Of a stretch of DNA of 64,000 nt, positions 54,226-64,000 are shown piece by piece. This DNA is from Octopus sinensis (taxonomy: Eukaryota). The translations under genes and the position numbers were made by a program. The DNA lies in the NCBI RefSeq assembly GCF_006345805.1, contig NC_042997.1:180978001-181042000 (forward strand), in the 5' to 3' direction. A model generated the notes under the pieces. It searched no databases and was not told the DNA's origin. It worked only from the letters and a program-made list of their open reading frames with translations. Numbering within the stretch: the stretch's first letter is position 1; each line of letters opens with the position of its first letter.

Positions 54226-55265
54226 ATGCGCTGTGTGGTAAGAAGTTTGCTTTTAAGTCACATAGTTCCGTGTTCTGTTCCACTGCGTGGCACCTTGGGC
54301 AAATGTCTTCTCCTATAGCCTCGGGGCAACCAAAGCCTGCCCTGTGTGTGTGTATGTATGTATCTATGTATGTATATATATGTATATTTTTATTTTTTGT
54401 ATTTTTATTTCGTATTTTATTTTGTAATTTTATTTGTATCGTTTTTTTGTCACTTGTTTAACCTTCCTTGTTTTTACCCCTCTGCGAAGTAATTTTATTT
54501 AATTCCTTCGCAGGAAGGACTAGTTCCACGAGTCGTGTTCTGTCCAACCTTCGAAACACGCTGGAGTTGAACTAGGGACAGCTGATGAAGGGGATTTTTC
54601 CTTGTGTAGTTTGTCTTGTACTCTTTGTTTTCGTTTAGGTCCGTTTCCACGTTTGTTTTTACGTTTTCGTTTCTCGTTGAGTTCTACGTCTATTTGTGGT
54701 GTCCTGTACTCACGTATATATATTTATATATGCATGTATATATACATGTAGATGTAGGTGCGTACATATATGTATGTATGTATGCATATATTTTATTTAT
54801 TACACTATATATATATATATATATATTATGTGTATGATTGATTGATTGATTGATTCTAGTTTCAGCTTATGCTGGGGCACCGCCATTGATTTGTGTATGT
54901 GTTCGGCAAAAGAGACCGATAGAATAAGTACTGGGCTTACAAAGAATAAGTCCCGGGGTCGATTTGCTCGACTAAAAGGCGGTGCTCCAGCATGGCCGCA
55001 GTCAAATGACTGAAACAAGTAAAAGAGTAAAAAAAGAGTAAAAGAGTATGTGTCTGGATCTGTGGTTGCCCCCACCACTATCACTTGACAACCAATGCTA
55101 GTGAGCTTATGTCCTCGAGACCAAGCGGCTCAGCAAAAGAGAACGATTGAATAAGTACTAGGCTTACAAAGAATAAGTCCTGGGGTCGATTTGTTTGACT
55201 AAAACCCTTCAAGGTGGTGCCTCAGCATGGCCGCAGTCAAATAAATGGCTGAAACAAGTAAAAGA
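54226..55265 (+). mobile_element. tRNA-derived SINE (family of 10064-10497) with duplicated tail, interrupted in its microsatellite
   Basis: head gctgtgtggtaagaag..ccttgggcaaat; tails at ~54900-55045 and ~55070-55265. Confidence 0.75.
54482..54604 (+). ncRNA. non-circularly permuted hammerhead-like ribozyme in a PLE-type terminal repeat (~54385-54715)
   Basis: ctgcgaag/cttcgcag; gaagg/ccttc-GAAA; ctagttc/gaactag; GAAACACG/CGTGT-T; ctgtcc/ggacag-CTGATGA. Confidence 0.7.
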
Positions 55266-55284
55266 ATATAATATTTTCTTCTCT

Positions 55285-55450
55285 AGGTACAAGGCCCGAA
55301 ATTTTAGGGGATTTAGATTCATCCCCAGTACGCAACTGGTATTTAGTGTTTCGACCCCGAAAGGCAAAGTCGACCTCGGCATAATTTGAACTAAGAACGT
55401 AACGGCGTTTCGCCCGACGAGCTAACGTCTATGTCAGCTCGCCGCCTTAA
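55285..55450 (-). mobile_element. Meta-core SINE
   Basis: aaaggcaaagtcgacctcggc..tttgaact..cagctcgccgcctt. Confidence 0.75.
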
Positions 55451-55989
55451 ACGGCACTTAGTATTACATATATGTACCTACACAACCTGTTACCTATTTT
55501 GTCACCTGTTTCTCCTACTTTCTTTCTATCACCTATTTCTCTTGCTCTCTTCTTAACTCCCTCTTTCTCTCCAGTTTTATTTACTTCATAAAATGTCCGC
55601 ATGACACAGTGTTTCATGAATTTTTCAAAACTTTGCTTCCGAAATGTCTATTTATCGGCCTTCTTTTTTTTTGTTTTAGTAATTCTGTTTTTTCTTCCTA
55701 TTCTCTTTCCCTCTCCCTTTCTCTCCTTCTCTATCTTTCGCTCTCTCTTTCTTTTTCTAATTCCATTTCTCATTTTCTCTTCTCATTCTTTTACACAAAA
55801 TGTTGTCCTGCAGTAATTTCTTACTTTTTTCTTCTGCATATATATTGTAGTTTTATTTTTCTTTCCTACTTTCTTTGTGCACCTTGCTTCTTCTTTTTTT
55901 TGTTCTTGTTGTTCCTTTTTTGCTCTTTCTTTGTCGCAACATTTAACGTTTCTTCCCTCTCTATTTTTCTGTCATTTTCTTCTCTCCTC

Positions 55990-56402
55990 TGAGCTCTTCT
56001 ACTTATTCCGCACCACTTCTATCTCTATCTCTCTTCTTCTCTCTCTCTCTCTCTCTCTCTCTTCTTCCTCTCTCTCTTTTTGTCTTTGTCTCACTCTCTC
56101 TCTCTGTTTCTCTCTTTCTCTCTCCTTCTTTCTCTCTCTCTCCTTCTTTCTCTCTCTCTCCTTCTTTCTCTCTCTCCTTCCTTCTCTCTCTCTCCTTCTT
56201 TCTCTCTCTCCTTCCTTCTCTCTCTCTCCTTCTTTCTCTCTCTCTCTCTCTCCATCTCTCTCTCTCTCTTTCTCTCTTTCTGTCTCTCACTATCTATCTA
56301 TGCATCAGCCTACCTTTCCATTTCTCTTCTTCTCACACTTCCAATGTTTTCATTATGTTATCCCATTAATTCTCTAGCTATTTTTGCATCCACCTACATT
56401 CC

Positions 56403-56440
<38 letters not shown>
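55990..56440. repeat. polypyrimidine (CT-rich) tract
   Basis: directly visible. Confidence 0.9.
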
Positions 56441-57789
56441 TCTTCTACTACTCTCTTTTTCCTTACATTCCCCCTCATACACTCACGTAATCCCTTTATC
56501 CCCGCTCCACTCCGTCTCTTCTCAGCCCACTCTTAACCCACATACATCACCCTCTCCTGCGGCAGTAAATCACCCATGCGTGAAGAAAGCATAGATTTAC
56601 CGACCACTGGTCCTTGAAGTAGATCAATTAAAAATCCTCTCTTCCTTTTACCGTTTTGGCTAAAACGTTGAAATTGCTTCTCGCGTTAAACAAATTAATG
56701 TTTTCTATAAGTGTGTGTAAGTGTGCAGATGAATATATAAGAGTATGTTCATTATTTGTATAGCCTTTAGTATGTATGGATGTATCGATATATGAGTGTA
56801 TCCATTTACAAGTGCGTATGCATACATTTGCATATGTTTTATAAGTTTACTACGTATGTTTGTTTTTAGGTATGAATGTTAATGCAAATATTCGTTCGTA
56901 AGTATGGACGTGTATAAGTATGAAAAGATGTTGTATGTCGATAGATAAGTATGTATGTATATGTGTATGTAAGCATGTATATACGTAGGTAATCATGTGT
57001 ATATGTAAGTGTTTATGTAAGTGTATCTGAGTATGTTCCAGTTTTAAAATCTAGTTAGAAAAGAGAAAGAGAGCACATTCTTATTTTAATTATACTAATA
57101 TGTTACTCTAGGAAACCGATAGCAAAGATTAGGCTTCTAAATCTGAAATATATCTTGGTACACCTTCATTTAACATACAGTTTGAAGGCGGTTTTGGAAG
57201 TGTGTAGAACAGATGTTCGTTTCCCAGTAAAAAATGTCCAAGATTTGTTTCTCTGCACGCCACTTTTGTCAAATCTATTTTGTTGTAGCTTCAGGTCAAT
57301 TTAAGATTCATCATTGAAAGTAAATAGATAGAAACTGTGCAGAAGCCTAAAAAACGGACTGCTCCTCCTTGTGAGCGATAGATATGATCGGTCACTTGAT
57401 TTAACACCATAACTTTGTTTTTGGTTGCAAGAATTGACATCGGATCTCCTCTGTATACTTAACTTGATATTTTATTGTGGTTCTTTCTGTATCAGCCCAG
57501 AAGCACGATGTTTCATCTTTTCCATCCAACAGATTTGGACATCCAGCAAAAGAATCACGAACTATTGAGCTTTCAGTAAACCATATAAAAAATGAAACAG
57601 ACACCACCAGGAAAAGAAAACAGGTTTTATAAAACAAGTGTTCGAGCAGAGCCCTACCTGTGTGTTCTTCCAGGAGTTCTTTTTTTTTTTTTGTTCAAGT
57701 CATAATAATATGTAATATCAGAAAAGAGGTTTTGACTTTGGAGAAAGTGATATTTGGAAACAGAAAATTATTTGGACCAAAATAATATC

Positions 57790-57992
57790 CTTTCTATTAT
57801 TGGCATAAGACTGAAATGTTTCGGAAGGTGGATAGTCAATTAATTCGACACCAGTATGTAACAGGTACGTATTTCATCGACTCTGAAAGGATGGCAGTCA
57901 AAGTCGGCCACGCCTAAATTTGAACTCAGAACATTAAAACAGACGAAATATGGCTAATCGTTTTGTCCGATTCTGCCAGTTCGCCGCGTTAA
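57790..57992 (-). mobile_element. degenerate Meta-core SINE
   Basis: tttgaactcagaac...ttctgccagttcgccg. Confidence 0.65.
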
Positions 57993-58764
57993 GGAAAATA
58001 AAGCTTAATACCAAAAAACTGAATCTCGAACGTGTTTTTGGAAAATTTTCGGAATGTAATCATCACTATTTTATGGGTTTCAATAAAAATAAATTACATT
58101 TTTACGGAAATTAAAATAATCGTCTAATTAATATTTATTGCGAGATTTTTCGTAATGACTCTTAAAATACTTTCTTGGTAATTAAAACTTGTCTATTGAG
58201 CAATCTGAAATTCATTAGACACAAACGAAATCTATAATTTTTTCAGATAGAATATTTTTGCAGCAAACACTGAAATTACGAAACATATACTTCAAAATTT
58301 ACTTGGACTGTTAGCATCAAGACATCAACTGTAAAATATTTATAATGCACTAGTATACTGTTGATTCTCAATTACTTTATTTGGACAATTTTATTTCTTA
58401 TGAAATTACTGTATGACACATTCACAATGATCAAGTAAATATTGATTATACCTCAAGGAATTTGTTCTGTTCAGCATGAGTAGTTACTATCATATATTTT
58501 ACAAGTTTACTCTTAATGCATAGTATATGGCTTGGAAAATTGTCAGATCTAAATTTTTAGCAAGAAAATATTTTTAATTCTTTGAAAAAATGTTCACTTC
58601 TTTCAAGAACTGTATAAAATTATCTAGTAAACTGGAAACATTCTAAATCTTAGCATATTCTTTGTTAATATTTACTTTATCAAGTAAACCCTGTACCAGT
58701 TCCAAAAATCGATATTGACTTCCAGGGATAGAAGATGGTAAAACCAATACAGGATCGACAAAAC

Positions 58765-58829
<65 letters not shown>

Positions 58830-58839
58830 TTGATTGATT

Positions 58840-58907
<68 letters not shown>

Positions 58908-59032
58908 TGTTTCTTTATTAGCCACACAGGGCTGCACACAGATAGAACAAATTACAAGGTAGAGCTTTTCTTTTGAAGGTTTAAAAAAAAAAAAAAAAGG
59001 AAGGGGAGTTTCGATCAAAAGGGATCGTAAAA

Positions 59033-59071
<39 letters not shown>

Positions 59072-59077
59072 TTGATT

Positions 59078-59159
<82 letters not shown>

Positions 59160-59186
59160 TTGATTGATAGATAGATAGATAGATAT

Positions 59187-59272
<86 letters not shown>
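58765..59272. repeat. (GATA)n/(GACA)n/(GATT)n arrays split by a ~125-bp retroelement-like 3' end (58908-59032, minus)
   Basis: the insert ends on minus in aataaagaaaca followed by (TATC)n. Confidence 0.75.
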
Positions 59273-59273
<1 letters not shown>

Positions 59274-60036
59274 TGAGAATAGTTATATATCATATAAGCG
59301 AATATGTATATATATTAAAATGACCGTATATTTATATATTATGTATGCTTGTATGCATGGATATAATTATATGTGAACTTATAGTTGTGTATTATAGTAA
59401 TGAAAGTATGATCTTTCAGTTCGTATCATTTAAAACAGCTACGCAGATACAAGAAGGCTTCGCTGTTGAATGGCGAATGACATGTAATTAAGAAACTTTA
59501 TTCCCTTTTCATACTGTGACTAAGTGTAGAAATCGACACAATTATACGCTGAAGATTGTGTTCTTTTTGATATCAAGCAGAGGAAATCACAAACTCTTTA
59601 CTCTTTCATATTAATGAATTTTGTCTCCAAGACAACCAAATTATATTTTCACAAAAGTTACGCATCCAGTGAGGAATGTAGGTTACACACATATTGTGGC
59701 TGCTACAGTATTGAACGACTTCATGTCAATAACCTGCTGTGCATCAGATAATAAGCATAGACTGGAACTTTTCGTAAGGTTCCAAGATACAGTTTATATT
59801 TGTAGAAGTGAGTCTATGCATGTGTGAATATCTTTGACTATGTTTCAGTGTGCACATGTCTAATGTTCTTGTTAAACCTCGTATACGGTCTTATTGAAGA
59901 AAATGTTTGATGGAAGGTTTTCTATCAATGGCTGTCGTCACCTTCTCTTCAAACGAGGTGATATTTGGATCCCATGTTTGAATATGCACTTCTGTTCGAA
60001 GATGGTAGTTTGAGATTTGGGGGAAATTTTATTTCT

Positions 60037-60128
60037 ATTTCTAGCAAGTAAAATGGTCACATAGAGATTTCTAGCAAGTAAAATGGTCACATAGAGATTT
60101 CTAGCAAGTAAAATGGGCACATAGAGAT
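60037..60128. repeat. 30-bp minisatellite, 3 copies
   Basis: atttctagcaagtaaaatggtcacatagag x3. Confidence 0.9.
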
Positions 60129-60765
60129 GGTTATGATACATGAGTTTCAAACCTATGTATCATACTCATATATGGGTCAGTGATGACGTGAGTATGTGAG
60201 TAATTTCAACATTTGGTGTCCCCAATCGAGACAATTTTCAAAACTGTTTTCCAGCTGTTGCTTGGAGCTCATGATGCTGACTAACCATAGTAAGAACGTA
60301 CATATTATATCCTTAATCTCTAATAATGACATTAAGTTAGAAAGCTTCAGAGTATACCTCAAGCTGGACAAAATCGCTGAATGATAAATGATGTTAATTC
60401 AACGTTTACTCATGAAACATAAAATAATGCTACACAGTGTTGTGTGGCTACTGCCCTCGGGCAACTTAGGGGCAGCAACTGTCATTAAATTTTCCGGCTG
60501 GATTCCCAAGTCTATTCAACTCAGACGATTGACATTACCGTCTCGTTTTTGGTCTACGTCTTGGTTAAGAATCCATCGAGTGAGTCTTTCCTGCGACGTT
60601 CTCATCACATGTATGTAACACTGAAACGGATAATTTACCATAGTTAATGATACTAGAAAATACACATGACGTACATATTCCGAAATCACTTGACATACTG
60701 TATATTGTTTTCCAAATTTCCTTCAGAACCCAATATTTGGTCTCAAATAAGGATACTTTGGGCAA

Positions 60766-60807
60766 TATAGATAGATAGATAGATACATACATACATACAT
60801 ACATACA

Positions 60808-60841
<34 letters not shown>

Positions 60842-60980
60842 CATACATACATACATACATACATACATACATACATACATACATGCATGCATGCATGCAT
60901 ACATACATACATACATACATACATAATACATACATACATACATACATACATACATAGTCAAACAGACAGACAGATAGATA
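60766..60980. repeat. (GATA)n(CATA)n microsatellite
   Basis: directly visible. Confidence 0.95.
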
Positions 60981-61234
60981 AGTAAAAAGTAGATATACAT
61001 AAATGCATATATAAATATATATATATGCACACATAGACACACAAAGTATAAATCTGTATATACATATATAATTTCTGCATATTTTTTAGTAGAAAATATC
61101 CATCGACTTATGCCGATGTATAATTGTAAAATATAATCAGCATTAATACCCCGCCCCAAAAGTTTGTTCAAACTCTCGCTAGTTCCTTGTACATATCACG
61201 CAACAGATGATCACGTAAAGAACAGAATACACCA

Positions 61235-61266
<32 letters not shown>

Positions 61267-64000
61267 TATATATATCCGCTGGTGTATATATTTATTAGCA
61301 TATATGGATACGACTTGGTTGATGCTTCTGCTACACACAATACAACTGACAAATGAGATATTCGGTTGACTGGTAAATACTTACTCACCGACACTTTTCA
61401 ATCACTTTTCCATCGAATCCCCGGTAGTCTTTTTCTAACTACTTATTCTGTTGATACTAAAATGATCTGAGCATTATTGATCCACGTACCTCGCTTCCTC
61501 TCGCCATTCCTGTTCTGGCTCACCCGCCTACCAAAGCTTACATTAAATACTTTAACTCTTCCTACACTGAAACCGTTTCCAAACATCCCCTCAATATTTT
61601 TCTCACGGGTACTGAGTTTAAACTACTAGCTCAAACTAAACACTGTGTTCTAATTCTCCAGAATGAGCGGACCCAGAAACATGTAGTTGGGAAGCAGTCT
61701 TCTTTATTTCCTTTAAATTGCCATGAGGCATAACATAGAGGGGGACAATACAACACATGTGGGGACATATAATAATTAAAATAGAAAATATGATGCTATG
61801 AATGACATGAAAATGAACATAAAAAATATCAAAATCAAAATATTAAAATAATGATACATGAATGATAACTAAGAAATGAGAATATGAAAAGTGTGTTACT
61901 CACCCCACACTGAGTAACACCACTCGCCACCTATGAGTCCTGAGTCCTCTTTAGTCTCTGATCTAGTCTTTTGTTTACCGTTTTCCCCATCGCTGAGTGA
62001 CAACACTATCTCCTCCATGTACATGTAACCTTTGTCACCGAGGGAGGAGGCCTTGTAAATTTTGTGGTGTCTGTTCTTTCTTCTTTATTTCTCATGTTGG
62101 GAGAGGAGGTGGGTGGGTAGGTGGGTTTGGTGTTTGTATGGGGGGGTGCGTCTGAGTGATCTTGGGTGGGATGGAGATGGTCTGGGGCCCCACATCACAC
62201 TGACTGTTCTTCTTTCTCTTTTTCCTTTTATTCTCTGTCACTGTCCATTCATCCTCCTTGTTCCTACCAACTATCTCCACCACCGCTTCTTCTGTCGTCG
62301 AAAGAAAAACACATTACTTATGGAATGACCTAATAAATTATTATTGTTTCTCCCTTCCACTAATTTATATTACAAATAGGTTTAAATTCTCTTTAAATTT
62401 TGCTTTTATGCAGATGCAGAGATTTTGAAGTATCTTACATTTTTAAATTTCAGTAACGTATCGAATTTCTAGTTAGTTAAATAATCAACCAACACTGCTA
62501 GGACACCTAAAATCTGACGAGAACTTATAACCTAACATCTCCCTGAGTAGAACCACAAATACCAAATCAGAATGTTTGAATTCAGCAAAAGCAAATTAGC
62601 TATAGCAAGATGATCTTTTCCCATTCACTTCTCCAGGAATTTTTACACCACTAACATTTTTGATATTCTCTTTCTTTTCGCGTTTGTCCAAGAAAACGAT
62701 ACCTAATCCGTGTGAATGTATTAATATTACTTTGGCTGACCGGGCAGGAGATATACTCCAACCCAATCCACAGTAACTTAAGTGTGATTTATATGTATAA
62801 GTGGATGCAAGTCTAAGAATACTACTTCAACAGGTTTTTATATCCTTTACACTTATCAACTTTGGGGCATATTTCCACTGCACTATCTGTTCATAAAGAT
62901 AATTTCAAATTTAGATAATCTTTAGTATTCCCTATTACCGCGCAGATTTAGAGATTACGTCATTATTTCTTATATAACTATGGTATTTTAAAACTATTTC
63001 ATAATATTTTAAAACTATTTCATAATGCACTCTTCATTTTCTAACTTAGCAGAGTTTATAATGTTTGCAATATTAATTATTCACATGCTAGCATTCTGTT
63101 ATATTACTTATAAGATTATCATTTCTCATACACTCTATTATACAGTAAATCCCAAGAGATTTTAATGTCCTCACATTTTACTATACTTGGAAGCTAGTCT
63201 TTTTTTTTCTTACCGCATTAATTTATACTGTTTCCATATAAATCCCAATGGGTTGTAAATGCCTGGTTATCAAAATTTATCTTATATTCATCATTTTTGC
63301 GCTCATATATTCCATTCACTTAACAAATGTGTTAAAACATAGCTGTGTGCCACACATCATGTATACTGGAGTTTTGGTGTTTGTCTACCAGGAATTTATT
63401 TATCTTGGTAATGTATTCCTGAGATCTGTTGCTCTATTGCAAAAGTCAATGTTTTAATCTATAAAATTAGGTTTGCTTTTCTTATCAGTCACTATCACCA
63501 TTAATATTTACTCATTCATCTAATACACCTTTTCTAAAGTCTAAAATAACGCAATTGTTATTCATTTATCCTGGTTTTTATAAACTCTTTCAACAGCTTG
63601 AATGGTATTGCTTTCTTATTATAATACATTATTTCTCTTCCTTCCTAGCTAATCAATCTTACTCCATATTTACAAACATCATTCACAGAGCATGCACTGT
63701 TCAGAGTACGATTATTAATTTCTTTTCGTTTTCTTATCTAACAGATGATACTTTCTGTCTGAGGTCTCGAGCTATTCATTATGAACAAACACTACTTGGC
63801 TTGCATGACTGATCTTGCTGCTGATGTTATGTTATTTCTGATATAGATGATTACCTTTCTTGCGAAGTACTATGATCATCGACTAAGCACAGTATGTAAG
63901 CCATTTACCAGTCTGCTAGATTTTATTTCAAATAGACTTTAGGATATTTGTCGTAGCCTCTCCTTAGTGCTTCAATATTTCAGCATCATTTCCGTCACCT

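Noticed and set aside
57180-57660. possible host exon or transposase fragment (also 35700-36100 and 60150-60600)
   Set aside because: no recognisable motif or convincing splice context

Overview
AT-rich, microsatellite-dense eukaryotic DNA. The SINE, LINE and Penelope repertoire resembles a cephalopod (Octopus-like) genome; this is inferred from repeat style, not verified. No host protein-coding exon could be supported, and most listed ORFs are microsatellite artefacts or transposon fragments. The window holds R4/Dong-type LINEs in (AAT)n, a near-complete Penelope-like element (PLE) with an inverted 3' copy, further non-coding PLE-type ends, two mariners, a Tc1/IS630-like element, Tx1 and RTE remnants, MITEs, Helentron-like pieces and many tRNA-derived SINEs. 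Three observations stand out. (1) Two sequence-unrelated repeats (36674-36795 minus, 54482-54604 plus) fold into the same non-circularly permuted, pseudoknotted hammerhead-ribozyme architecture with near-complete compensatory change. (2) A tRNA-headed SINE carries a hammerhead-bearing PLE-type 3' end and an inverted 3' copy, suggesting mobilisation by Penelope machinery. (3) One SINE shows a twin-priming-like 5' inversion. All structures were read by eye and coordinates are approximate to a few bases.
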